Below, one piece after another: positions 12,142 through 25,387 of a stretch of DNA of 64,000 nt. The first letter of the stretch is position 1. Each line of letters begins with the position of its first letter. The notes beneath the pieces were generated by a model. The model was not told the DNA's origin. It ran no database searches and saw only the letters and a program-made list of their open reading frames with translations. The translations under genes and the position numbers were made by a program. Origin of the DNA: Styela clava (Eukaryota); contig NC_135250.1 in the NCBI RefSeq assembly GCF_964204865.1, positions 4,836,001 through 4,900,000 on the forward strand, written 5' to 3'.

Positions 12142-15100
12142 TTACATGGATCTCATGCATAACACTCCTGCAGCTTTTGAATTCGCTTTTCGATTTTGCA
12201 TGCCTCCTTCGGTTCCGTAGAATTGACTGACCTTGACTACAATTCTCGTATAGGCGGCATTCATTGAAGGGTAGTCATAGTCCCAGGCTTGGTGAATCGA
12301 CCATTTCCCATTGGCGTTCACTTTGTTAGTCTATAGAAAAAAAATCAAAATTTCATTATTTTAATCATACGGAACTACGTGATGAAGCGAAGTAAGGTAG
12401 TAGGCGTGATAGTCTTACGTAAACCCAACTGACAGCAACATTTTTGTATCAGAATCCAAAAACAATTCCCTGATATATGATTTAAATTTACATATCACAC
12501 AAATATGCTTTTTGAGCACAGATACTAAGTGAAATTATTTCCCGAATTCAACGTGCGAGGATTATACTGGGACCGTATGGGTTGTGTCCCTCCATCTAAT
12601 AAATTAATCTGTTTATTTGCTAATCATGCAATTGGTAACTCTTTAAAGGTCGTATGGCTACCGCAACCTTTTCATATTTATATATATATATATATATATA
12701 TATACATGTGTGTGTACATTTTTTTTTCGATTTGACAACTCTGATTAACTCTCTCTCTCAACGTACCGTAAAGTCAATGGTGAGTCCTATCCATATGTAG
12801 ACAGCTGCTATCGAGTCCCAACTTATCATGGGACTTTTTTTCTTCAAATCGCTTTCCATCAGTTTCATCATGTCTTTATAATGATCAGCCCGGTGAAAGT
12901 AACCTACAGTCCCACCTTTTTCCCTGAAAATTGTAAGAGATTTATCAGATAACTTTACTGAAGGATGTATTAACTAATCCTACGTGCCAGCTCTGTATGT
13001 ACAACTATAATAGTGTAAGGGAAGATTGGTACACTTTTTCTGCATATTTTGAGCCCTATATTCGGTACTCCGGTAGTATGTGAACCAAGATGGCGGACAC
13101 CGGAACGTAGTATGTGTACCAGGTCAGGGTTAGGCTAGAATTTCATTCCAATTTTCCTTATTTTAGTTCTATCACGAGTTCTGGATCTAGCCAACTGCCT
13201 CCCGTAGTATCTGTACCTGAAATTATGGCCTAATCTGGTACGCCAACTACGTTCCGGTGTCCGCCATTTTGGTTCACATCCTACGGGAGTAAACAATCAT
13301 TTCACTTTGCGGGGCTGTGAAATGTGTCTTTCACTGTCCCACCGTGGCCAACCTTCCCCTACTGCGTGTAATATTTTGTCTGACAAACCTGCAAATATCT
13401 TCACCTTCTTCATACGACATTCCTCCAGAGTTTACATAGAATATTGAAAAATAACATCTACCTTGGTATAGCAGTCCATCACAGGGTTCTAAATGTAAAA
13501 TGATTAAAGATGAAACCAATTCAGAGTAATAAATACCAGCCACATCGGCTTGGTCATTTCATATATATATCGAATCTTGCATGACAGCCCACTGACGTGG
13601 AAGTAGAGACATTCAAGTGGGTCATATACATATATATATATCATATTAATTAGGGCACTCCAGAAGTATGTGTGCTAATATGGAGGTGACTAATTTTGTT
13701 CACCTACTTTACATTAAATTGTGTAAAGGGTCTGAAACGTAGGGGGTATATATACTTGGCTCGCACAGACAATCACCGTACTCGTAATAGAACTAAAATA
13801 AGGAAATTGGAATAACATTATGGCCAACCCTAATCTGGTACACACACTACGGGAGTACGTTAATTAGTATTGTATATAGCAGAGCAATTAGCAATGCGTA
13901 ACATAGTTTCCGTGAGCCTGTAACAAATTTTTGTGAATTATTAAATCATAAAATATCCGCGCGAAACTATTTTTAGATGACTAGTAAAAAAAAAAGGTAA
14001 ATGTTGAAATCAGATCAAAACAGAAAAATCACATTGTTATGTAATTGAGTTTGGCTGTTTTGTTTATACTCTACAAATTATTTGAATGTGATATTTTCTC
14101 AATTTGTATTGTCCAACTTTGTAATAATATCACAAAGTTTTGTTTGTGCTCACCATTTTTACTAGCTGGGATATATCTTGGACGTGAAGTAGGACTTCTA
14201 GTTGGAGGTGCGGTACGGCTTCCTTTCCCCGATTCCAAGGCAGAAACACGTCTTTTGAGATCATAAATATCTGAAAACAAATAGCAGGTAAAATAAAATG
14301 TGTTAAATTTGGTTTTCATTTTTGCAATTTATTGCTAAAGGCTTCAGTACGTTACACCGCCATTGCTCGGTATATATGCGTGTAAAGTAATATCAAATAT
14401 GAGAGATTTGCTAGTTTTTTCATCGTTCCTATTTGGTAAATACCTCATAGTCCATTTACTTTTACAAACTCCATGAGTAGATAGAACTTTGCGCGAACCC
14501 GTTCTAGGACTGCTGCGACAATCAGCGACCTGTTCTTCATTTTTATTTTAGATGTTAGACGATTGCAGCAGGTGGGCAATGCGCACCGCAGCTGACTACT
14601 AGCATTATAGTTAGCTCTCCAAACGCAAATAATATTCATGTAAAGCGTGTTGTGTCAATGCAGCCTAATGAAGTGGCTACATACATTTTCGGCAACACGG
14701 TAACCTGTTGTTAGTGAGTTCGACACAAAAAAAACTGTTTCGAAACTTTTGAATTTCATCACTGTATATATATGCATTCTATAACAAAAGGTTCCCGTAC
14801 ATTTGAACCCACGACAATTGCACCTGAATACTATTGCACCTATGGAATTTTTTTTTGTTTTACGGATATTTGAACCCATACTAACCCTAACCCATGGGTT
14901 TTAGCACCCGCATATAGATTGATCCCGCGGATATACACTCGGGTTCAAATGTACGTGGGTTCAAATGTACGGTCACCACAACAAAAGCATCCATTATGCG
15001 GGGCTGCCTCTCATAAAGTCACGTTTATTACTCCAGACGCAAGATCTAACCTTTTGTATTTTGGGCAATTTCGTCATTGAATTCCAGCATGGTATCAAGT

Positions 15101-16539
15101 GTTGTTTTGGAAGTTTCCAACAGTGCTAAAAAAAGTAGGAAAAAGAAAACAATATATTAAGATGCTCAGATTACCATATCATAAAGATAGTTGAAACATG
15201 TTTTTTACACAAAACAGGGAATTAAATATCACAAATTTAATATATTATGGTATATTACGAAGAAAATTAATCCGTACAGCAAATACATTTGGCGTTAAAT
15301 TAAAAGTTACATTGAAATGTGTATGATAATGATTCGAATAAAAGTAATAAAATGTCTTACTTGTGACGGCCTTTTGCAACCTGGACACGGACGCTTCGAT
15401 GGATGACAGACTTGCCTTCTTCACGCCTGCGATGTAAAAATATGTAGGTTTTAGACCAAAAATTATGTCCACGAACAATTTTGCGATTCTGAATTATGTA
15501 AAATGTTCTTAGAAGACAAGATGACAGCCAGAGTGGTAGTTTAAAATTGAATGTCGAGGCGTCTATTGACTTCGGCCTATTTTGCTTATTGACAAACCGG
15601 GCCCTGATAACAGCTTGCAGGTCAGGATTACAGATCTCAATAAGTTGCCAAAAACGACCACATGATACGTAAAATCGCCTTTCGACAAAGTTATTCGCTT
15701 ATGTTATTTATAGCGTACTTTGTATGTGTAGGTACTATACGTTTTTGGTCACAGCATCGATTTCATACTTACTTCCAACTGCGCCATAATTTCCAGTACC
15801 GGATACTTTTTCGATATTTTCAACCAAGGCTGCAATAACTTTAGCTTGACTGTATATTTGAGACAATTTTTGACTTTGTTCCACCGCCGGCTCTGAATCT
15901 GAAAAATTGAAAAAAAAAGTCGAAAAATTACAGGAGAGGTTAAATTTAACGATAGCGAATTTCTGCTGTGCTTCGCTTATTTAGATGCCCTTTAGCGCCT
16001 CATGGTTTGTGGAAAATAGAACTTTTGGTGCATATCTTCGATTGGTGCATGTCTTTCAGTGAACATATACGAATAAACAAACAATTATATGTCGGACAAG
16101 GCTAGACGGATGGCTCCGTTGGCGAAATCTTTCGCGTGGAACTTACCCAAAGAGCAAAGCCAACGTACACGACAAATGTAATACTACTTTTACATATTAT
16201 TTACTAAAAAATGACTCGATTTTGTCGAGGAAATATTGAAATATAAAATAAAAATATTGTGTTATAAAAGATATTTAATTGTTAAATAAAAGTATGTAAA
16301 AGCAAAAATGTGCTTGCGGATTGCTAACGGTATTTGGTAATTGGTAAATCCCATCTTTCTTATCGATTGTTATATTCCTTTTTCAAAATCGAAATCGTCT
16401 TACCTGGATGTGGATCCATTGCTCTTCTGTTTGACGGTTCGCTAGAATGGCTCAGGTCTAGTTTTTCTTCGTTTGCAGTTGCAAAACCGATCAATGTGGC
16501 ACAGAACAGAAACGCGAGAGAAAATACTCTTTGCGCCAT
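12142..16539 (-). CDS. CTL-B: secreted protein with coiled-coil/Pro-Ser-Thr neck and atypical C-type lectin-like domain (7 exons, ~293 aa)
   Basis: Exons 16539-16404, 15898-15773, 15426-15361, 14270-14163, 13488-13389, 12923-12767, 12330-12142 join in frame (882 nt, all GT-AG). Signal MAQRVFSLAFLFCATLIGFATA; domain PCDGLLYQGRCY..SYEEGEDICREKGG..IWIGL..GVLC. Confidence 0.85.
13064..13291. mobile_element. MITE family 'GGTACTCC-CAAGATGGCGG' copy
   Basis: Long inverted arms GGTACTCCGGTAGTATGTGAACCAAGATGGCGGACACCGGAACGTAG. Same family as 18899-19132. Confidence 0.8.
13655..13858. mobile_element. Related MITE subfamily (also ~20713-20923, ~39310-39522)
   Basis: Shares CTCGTAATAGAACTAAAATAAGGAAA..CCCTAA..GGTACACACACTACGGGAGTAC with the family above, but the left half differs. 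Boundaries approximate. Confidence 0.7.
14790..14977. mobile_element. MITE, second copy of the 11710-11912 family
   Basis: Near-identical body. Flanks ATAACAAAA / ACAACAAAA (8/9 TSD match). Confidence 0.85.
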
Positions 16540-18898
16540 ATTTTTGTTTAGTAATTTTATTTACGGTTATAGGAATACACTAATCGAAATAAAGGAAATT
16601 TTCAGAGAATAGAATGCCACACGAAAGTCAAATTCTTATGTAAAGTAATTGCGATGATTTTGCTGGACAAATTTTATGTATTCGAGCGTATTCTCGAATA
16701 TTTTAAATCTTCAAAAGCGCTTTTTCGGAAAGTTTCTTTGCCCGATAGTCCGATACCAGGCTAGAGAGGAACAAATTTGAAACTTAGAATAATTGGTGCA
16801 AGTTAGCGTTTTTATCCCTTCAGAAACTGGGTTATTATTTTGCCAACGGCAATGATTAAATCTTGTTTTTAACGTTTTGAAAAATATTCCTGGTAAAACT
16901 TTTGTCGTTAAGTGTGTAATAAACAGGTTTGTAAGCCAATTGGGATAATGCAGCTCAGGCACATCGCATGTCTAAGCATAACTTCTGTATTAAAATCACG
17001 CCGTCAGGTTTGTTTGTTACATGCTTGATTTTTGAGACCGCAATTTTAAGATTAAGTCTTTGATTCGATTTTTTTAAACTAAAGAATAATACATAAAATA
17101 GGATGACGTATTTCAAAAACAGTTTTTTCAAATCAGGGGAAGTACCGTAATTGAAACTAGAGTAACCATGAGAAATCTATTTTGAAAATTAGGTAACGAT
17201 GTTTATGAGGAATATTTGTCAAAATAATATCTTTCAATAGGGGTTTTACGTATTATCAAGGCTATATACCAACTTCTGTTAATCCGTGTCGATGATGCGT
17301 GAATTTTTTGAAATACTTGGGAATATTCTAGCCATGCGGCCTACCTTGTTTTTTATTGTTTCATAATGGCACTACGATTAGGTGTTTGATAGCCTGTTTT
17401 GGTTTATCCGACCTCCCCTTCCCCAGTAAAACTGAGTGATTATCTTTTTTCTCGAAATTTGTTTATGACTGATTTTTTACTGGTTGTAAAAAATAAACTT
17501 GACTCGGCGCTATTGAAATGGACCGTTACTCAAACTCCATGTCGTTTGATTTTTTAAATGTTTTTAATTCTTTAAATTCTTCGTTGCTTGATTGATTCAG
17601 CCAAAAATTTAGATCTATTTTTTTCCGGTTAGGTAATGACGAACCGCGAAGATCCTGGTCCTTTCGGTAAATAGTAGCTTCTTACTATCGTTAAATATCA
17701 GTGGATGCTTGTACCGGGCCTTGTTCGGAGAGAATAAACAGACAGCTAAAAAAAAGCATGATGAGTAATCGCTGTTCGAGTTCAACAAGTCTTCAAATGT
17801 TTTTATTACAAGGTTATTTTTACGATTAAATTCTTCAAAGTGATACGACAAATAAAGACTGCAGTATCGTCTGGCGGTATTTCCGCATTTGCTTGTCATA
17901 ACTGATTATTATTGGGTATAGGTATACGATGGAAAAAAGTCTTCATTTAATTTTCCAAACACGTTTACGGAAATTACAAAACGAACAGAATTTTTTTGGA
18001 TTAAATGATCTTTTATTAAATCCCCCTCTTCCCCCTCCCCTACAAGCAAAAAAAAACAATATTATTTATAGTGTCTTGGTAGTTTAAACTACCTTCCTTC
18101 TCAACAGTTAATAACCAATAAAAAACATCGTGTATTGTTGTTGCGAGAAAAGGCGTTGCTTTTGTCCTCAAATTTCATTGGGCCACGTTTCAATTTTATC
18201 ATTTCAAGCAAACAAAAACTGACAATCCATTGTTTGCATTAAATTAATTAAATTATAATTTCCTTTCTTTTATTTATTTATAAGTATGATTCTAGTCTAC
18301 GATTCTCTCTATCCAACAATACCTTGTTCAACTATAAATGCGTTTATACTATTTACATTCCAATGTGTTTTTTGCTGAATTCATTGCCACGTGACCGATT
18401 TAATCAGAAATTTTACCCAAAAATTTGATAATATAATTTGGGTACTCCCGTAGTATGCGCCAAAATTTTTCTCTTCGAAAATCGTTCACACCATTCAGTA
18501 GCAATCTAAATTTTGATTCGAATTCAAGAAAAAAATACTTGATTTCTGTTTATTATTAATGTAAGTTATTTTCAATTTTTCAATTACGATCTTAATTGTC
18601 AAATAATTCTTTTCGCTTGTTGCATTTGCGAAGAAAGCTTATTATGTAATGGTAAACATATACATCAATGTGATGGTAACGAAATACATCACAAATAGAG
18701 TAAATCACATAAGCTTATGGCTGAAATTTCCGCCTTGATTGTAACAAATAAATTATTCAGGTTGCTTTGTAGCTGATGATCATCACGTAATGCTTAAAAA
18801 TATTTTTGTTGAATTTTACATTCCGTCGCCGCAGGCTTATTATTTCATGAATGAAAATATTGTTTCTGCAAACCGCAAAAAATCGAGAATGTTCTCTC

Positions 18899-19132
18899 GG
18901 TACTCCCGAAGTATGTGAACCAAGATGGCGGACACCGTAACGTAGTATTTTTACCAGGATAGGACTAGGCCATGATTTTAGGCACAAATACTACGGGGGT
19001 CTTGGCTAGTCCCCGACCTCGTAATAGAACTAAAATAAGGAAAAATGGAATAAAATTATAGCCTTACCCTAACCCGGTAGACAATCTACGTTCCAGTGTC
19101 CGCCATCTTGGTTCACATACTTCGGGAGTACC
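18899..19132. mobile_element. MITE family 'GGTACTCC-CAAGATGGCGG', 8-bp TSD
   Basis: TIR GGTACTCCCGAAGTATGTGAACCAAGATGGCGGACAC with perfect TSD GTTCTCTC on both sides. Further copies near 25056-25290, 30083-30192, 43155-43391, 56178-56410, 61211-61320. Confidence 0.88.
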
Positions 19133-19376
19133 GTTCTCTCTGTTTGGGGAGTAACCATTACTGTAGTTGTAAAATTTAATTTTTTATTGTCACCTTTATT
19201 TTTTCGTGCAGAAAAAAATAACATACGAAATTGAAAAATAGCGAAATGTTTACGCACCCCGTTAAGTAAACAATGTGATATTTTTTTTGACTATTTGTAT
19301 AAAATCAACAATCCTTATATCTATCCTCAGGTCATATACTTTTCTATTCAACTTTAAGCAATACTATCTAAAGAGG

Positions 19377-19692
19377 CAAAGGTTCTCAAACGTTGGGGCG
19401 AACCCAACAAGGGGGGGCGTAGACAATTTTTTGAGGGGCGAGAAGCGAAATATAAATAAAAATATTTGTTAGATTTGATCTTGCCCACCTTATTTTGGAT
19501 ATTCACATTTCTTTCTTTTCAACGTTAATGTTCTATCCAATTATTTTCAACTTGATTTTTGAATGAAACATATTTTCCCCTTACTATCTGTTATCTGTAG
19601 CTTATTGTTAGCTAGGTATTTTTGAGTTAGGGCGCGAGACTTGACAAATTTTAAAAAAGGGGTGCAGCTTAAAAAATTTGAGAACCACTTCT
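19377..19692. mobile_element. hAT-type MITE (GGTTCTCAAA TIR family)
   Basis: GGTTCTCAAAC... / ...TTTGAGAACCAC termini, related to 38305-38590. Ends approximate. Confidence 0.6.
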
Positions 19693-19904
19693 GAAGAGAC
19701 AATGTGGGCTTAGTTGTTTCATGTACTATGTTTATCTGAATTGCTGTTTTTCCCAAACAGATAGTGCCAGAGTTTCCTGCTACATGATAGAGTAATGATT
19801 TGAACTGGTTGAAAAACAACTGCTGATATTCAACTGAGTTCACAAGGAATAGAAAAGTAACGTTACGTTGTCCTGTAAAACTAGGCTTGCACACTTCGAA
19901 TAGA

Positions 19905-20202
19905 ATAGGATCAACATACTTATCCCGGAGGAGAGGTAAGCCGATAAGCCGTCTTAATCATATAGGGAGCCACGGCCCCACGTCTGATTAACAGTTCATG
20001 TCGGGCATGGAATTAGTTGTTTTGCATGGACTTGGCAGTAGAAGAAGCCGTAACCGACCGGTAGTTACGTCAAAAACCCTACGACGACGAAGGGTCCAAC
20101 ATTTCTCTTGGACATAATTATACCTCACGGGATTCGAACCTACTCAGAGTAATCAGAGGTGCTGTGGCAAGCGTATTCCTAACGCTTAGCCCCACGCCGA
20201 GC
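19905..20202 (-). mobile_element. tRNA-derived SINE
   Basis: The minus strand starts GGCTCGGCGTGGGGCTAAGCG (A-box-like) and contains the B-box GGTTCGAATCC. The 3' part recurs at ~30820-30945, ~34298-34355 and ~61950-62075. Confidence 0.7.
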
Positions 20203-21135
20203 CAGGATTTTAAGCCAAGCAAGTTTGCAACTACAGCACGTTTTTTCGAATACTCGAAGAGAGATCATAGTTGTCACGCTATCATGTTTTTCGTGGAATT
20301 TTTTACAATGGTCGGCTCCTGTTTCTCAAACACATACGTATTGTCAAAAGTATGGCCGAGCGCAACGTCCTAAATATATTTTCAAGTCTGCCAATCTTAT
20401 TCTTTTGACTACGCAAGACCAACAAATATAGTAGGCTGTTTAGTATGCGTCATCCATGGTAATCTAATAAAATTTTGTTTTTAAAAACATACAATAAATA
20501 CATTCAAATTTTCTGTTTGTTTTCTCTATGAAAATAGTAAATACCATAAAATGATATGGCGTTAACACCGATGCCATAGATAGTGGAACAAGATGTGAAA
20601 ATTTGAAATTAGTTATCGAACATAACCACATTGGTGCTAAATTGATGAAATGATAAATGCGTAGAATTACAATATATTGAAAATAACGATGTTACAGAGA
20701 TATTGAATAAAAGGCGCTACAGAAGTATTTGTACCAATATGAAGGTAATTAATTTGTTAGCCTACTTTACATCAAGTTGAGCAAAGGGACTGGAACCTAT
20801 GGGTAGGAGGTATATCCCCTTGGCTAACACTAACAGTCCACGAGCTCGTAATAGAACTAAAATAGGGAAATTGGAATAAAATTATGGCCTGACCTTAACC
20901 TGCTACACACACTATGGGAGTACCGAATAAAATGTGTTTCTTGCGGCCGATAATAGGAAGTTTATGAAAATGGGCTATTGCCACAAAACGATTACTCAGA
21001 TGAAAGATGAATATATATAAAATCAGTCTGTTTTGTGGGTGTTTGAACGCCACAGAAATGACGGGAAAAAATTGAAGCAATTCTAACAATATTCATATTA
21101 CACTATAAATGAATAGCCTTGTATGTTATGTATTT

Positions 21136-24100
21136 TCACAATTTTATTTCACACATGTACGCAATTAGGAGATTGCAGGATTCATCGTTGAGTTGCCACA
21201 AGTTTTCTGTGCGTACAGCCAGATGCACACAATCCTCGCCATCTCCGGAGTTGTTGGGCTCACCTTCGAACCAGGCTGTATTTTCTATAGTGGACGGCAC
21301 ACCATCAGCCCAAATAAAATCTCCTTCGTTCTTTATATCGTCCAAACCAATCCAGATTGGAGTGTTGCCGGCCACAAGAGAATGCTTTAATTCACTGAAA
21401 AAAAGAATTTACGTTACGATTACGTTGGGCAAAATATGTTAAGCTTATCAATTGAGAAAACAGAATTTTACATTTAGACTGTTTGTTTTTGGACACGTTT
21501 AGTGGCCATAACGATCGTTTCAAAATTTTGTTGTTATTGTTATTTTCTTTCGTCATTATCATTAAAAAATCGCTTTTCTCTTCGAAAACTGGACCAATTG
21601 CTTTGGAATTTTCAGTGGTTCAAGATTGATTTTTTTGCCAGAAGGCTATTACTTTCATTTATTCCTGAATTTTCTATGAATCTTATGAGATCTAATATTT
21701 CATCCAAAATTGCGCTGTATTTATTTTCAATTATGGGAACACGGTTTTTAATCCGCCAAGCGTGACGGCTGACTGTGGAAATTCTTGCGACTGAAAACCC
21801 GGAACTTTTTGAGGGTACGGTACCGGTAACGTCAAAGGTAAACCCTGCTTCGCTCTAGTCCACGTGTCCATATATTTGAGCGTTGCTCTCTTGTTTCTAG
21901 AAAGCAATCGTGAGTCAGCTGACAATCGACAATCTTCTGGGGAATTCCTAATAACACCCGCTTCCAGATGAAGTCAAGCCCCTGCACCACAAATCAAATA
22001 CTTCTTTAGTCGAGTCGCAAATTAGAATGCTCAAACACATTTTTGAATACAACGTATATATGTACATTTTGTTGAATTTCAAAATTTGCCTGCTGCTATA
22101 TCGAGTACGTCTAAATTTGCAATTTTATTTTTAAATATTACTCAAAAATTAGAATATTTTAGCGCAGTGGTACACAAAGAAATATGAGTGATTTTTTCAA
22201 ACTGAAACCGGGCAGAGATGAGGAAAAAGAGTTGACCTTCTGCCTTTATTATTAGGTCCATATGTTTACCAACTTTAAAAAGACATAAAGTACATATAAC
22301 GATCACGAAACTAATTTTTATTTGAAAGCAGCATTTTTTTCGTGTAAGTGCGCCGTGCGTTTTTTCCCTGGTAATATGGCGCCGCACGAACAAAAAGTTT
22401 GGGAAATGCTATTCTAACGTATTAGATGAAGATGATTGAATTTAAATTTTATTTACCTTCGAATTGCTGCAGCCCGAATACCAACTGATGCCAGATTAGC
22501 CGAGTATTTTTGACAGTTTTCTTTAGCAGTTGCATAGTTGACATTATCGAGAAACAATTTATAATGCAAGTTATTACTCGCTTTGAACCAAGTCCTGAAT
22601 TTCACGTTTTGTTTCAGTTGCATTATGAATTCTGAAAACGGTAAAAGCAAGGGTTTCATTTCTACACCTGGGAAAGTTGTTTTCTTTTCTAAAGTTACGT
22701 TTTTACCAGTCTTGGGTAGAATTTCTGAAACCTCTTACTATAAAACAGCCGTGAATCAACGGACAATCGGACTTTCGAGTAGGGCTGTGCATTTACGAAA
22801 TTTCAGAATCGATTAAAACATTTTTTTTCGACCCGAACAGAATCTGGAATACTTGGAAGATATTTGAATTAAAAAAATCGAGTCAATCACTGAGATAAGT
22901 CTCACTGGTCTCGATTCTTTTATTCTACTTTTATGTATGAGGCACAAGACAATCAGCCACTGCTAACTTACGATATGTAAAAAGTTCCTATTTTGAAAAG
23001 ACTTATATATATTTAGATATATATATTTCTGTTTCGGCATTTTCTACCCAATTTAGTACATTGTGGGTGAGGAGAAGGGATTTGGACTCAAGATATGCAC
23101 ATTTTACGTTATAAACGTTAGGCCATCGCGTTCAACTAAATGCTATGAATTGAATCAAAGCTGAATATTAATTACCTTCGGTATCAGTAGTTTCGCAAGA
23201 TCCCTCAGATATCAAACGACCGTTCATCAATTTTCGGATACATAACCCATCTGTGTGATTGACATAATGATTGAATGATGAAAGATTGAAGACTAAACTC
23301 TCTATGAGGTCTAAATGTTTTGGGGAAGTTGTTCAGTTCTAATAGAAGCTACTAGATACGCATACGGATCCACTGACCCGGGGGTGGCCAACTCGCGACT
23401 CGAGAGCCGCATGCGGCTCTTGCACCGGTTTCATGCGGCTCTTTTCGTCTTGTTTATTCTAAGGAAAAATATCTTGCTAATTACTATTCTTCACGTTTCA
23501 ATCCAACATATTATGACTCGTTGCGCGTTTTTTTTATGTCGAAAACACAAGAGCGCCTTCATTCACTTAACTGTACAATTGTCCATTATAACGATACAAT
23601 TGCATTTATTGGTGTGAATAGCGTTTATTGCAAGGCCTGAACGTTTCGTCCTTCTAACTTACAAAGGCATATCTGCTGTTCATGTGTGTTATTATTTATA
23701 ATGTGGCTCTTGGCTGTAATATGACACAAAATGTAGCTATCGATCTCTGACTGGTTGGCCAGCCCTGCACTAGCCGCTAGCGCAAGGGCATTGAGGAAGG
23801 ATTGCGACTTAGTCACACATAACCTCATCTCATATCTCCTGTTGTTGTTGTGAAAAAATCTCCGTCACAACTAATCAACCAAAAGGTTTCGAATATTTAT
23901 TACTTGGGGCTGCTAGAACGAAATGTTTTTTTTTTCAATTTACGCTAAAGTTTTGCTGGTTTTTATAATTCACCGACACACGTTAATATGACATTCGCCA
24001 TTCAGTACAATTTTTCTATCACCAACACTTATTGACATAACAGTGGCCATATATTTCATTTGACCTTCTGTTTCATATTTGAACATTTTTCATTATTTTG

Positions 24101-25387
24101 ATAATTGGGATCATAACGTCATATTCATATTGCATTCGTTGCAATTCTTATAAAATTATCATTTACTGACATTACGGTGGCCGTATCTTGCTCGGTATTC
24201 GACGTTTGACCTGTATAATCATTGTTTTAATAATAATCATCACAGAATATAAGAGCCTACCGGTCGCCCACGATCGTTTAGGTATCCGTTGGTTTCGCTC
24301 CTGACAAGGCCTTGTACAGTAGCAGCCACTGATATTTAACGACATGTAAGTCACTGCTAAGTTTGAAAACCCCGTACTGAAGCGAACGCGCCGTGGCAAA
24401 ATTTTCTTATCAAAGTTAGTTAGAATTCTGATTTTTTTTTTAAAAACTCCGGAATCTTCTTGTAATAGAGTGGGCCACGGTAACCTATCTGCTTAATCCG
24501 TTGGATTTCAACCTATGACATCGTATGTTGAAATCTCGAGTTAAAATTCCGTGCCCACCCGGGTGTCATAAATTGCAATCCCGGTCTGGGAAGATTAAGC
24601 TATGGTTTACCTATAGGCTTATCCATACGTCCTGGTTTAGCTGGGACAATGGATGTTAATGGGGGGAGTCTATTTATCGCTGATTTGCGACTCACATCAC
24701 TACTCCAGTAAGAGAATGAGAAAACTACTGTCATAACTATTATATGTTTAATATTTCAATTCATTATCTAACCTTAGCCGTACTGCCATTAAATTATCAA
24801 AAATGCCGACAAACAGCGCGTTTTCCAATGATTAGAATATCAATACTATTCATAAGAGTTGTATATACTAAGCCTCGTAATTGAACCAAAGGTTTGTCCA
24901 ATTCTTTGTCTTTTTTAAAATATGATAAGCCTATCCTTACCCAACAGTGACTGCATGTGCACAGCTTTGTTCGGAGGTAATGACGTACGAGTACGTATTA
25001 TATAAAAACAATGAACGACTGTCAACAAAATTGATTTTTATTATACAAAATACTGGGTACTTATGTAGTATGTGAACCAAGATGGCGGACACCGGAACGT
25101 AGTATGTGTACCAGGTTAAAGGTCATTAATTTCAGGTACAAATACAACGGGAGTCACTTGGCTAGTCCCTAAACTTGTAATAGAACTAAAATAAGAAAAA
25201 AATTGAAATAAAATTATGGCCTAACCTTAATCTGGTACACATACTACGTTCCGGTGTCCGCCATCGTGGTGCACATACTACGGGAGCGCCAAAAAATGAA
25301 GGTTATTGTATAATTCAGCTTACCTTGTTTTGCTGAACAGGCTAAAAGTAAAATGGCAATGACAAGAAAAATTAGATATAATTTCAT
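21136..25387 (-). CDS. CTL-C: secreted C-type lectin, EPN motif (4 exons, ~190 aa)
   Basis: Exons 25387-25324 (MKLYLIFLVIAILLLACSAKQ), 23250-23176 (DGLCIRKLMNGRLISEGSCETTDTE), 22631-22457, 21394-21136 join in frame (573 nt). CRD has WIGLDD, WFEGEPNN, EDCV, WQLND. An alternative in-frame acceptor near 22724 is possible. Confidence 0.85.
22160..22412. mobile_element. Dispersed MITE-like repeat (inverse copies at ~25976-26200 and ~57078-57300)
   Basis: The reverse complement matches GCAATTCCCAAATTTTTTGTTCGTGCGGCGCC...AAAAAATGCTGCTTTCAAA. Ends approximate. Confidence 0.6.
23379..23767. mobile_element. hAT-type MITE
   Basis: CGGGGGTGGCCAAC...GTTGGCCAGCCCTG termini, flanks CACTGACC/CACTAGCC. Absent from the paralog near 54620. 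Confidence 0.7.

Noticed and set aside
20120-20202. tRNA-like A/B boxes
   Set aside because: No convincing cloverleaf, and the sequence continues into a repeated body, so it is treated as a SINE head.
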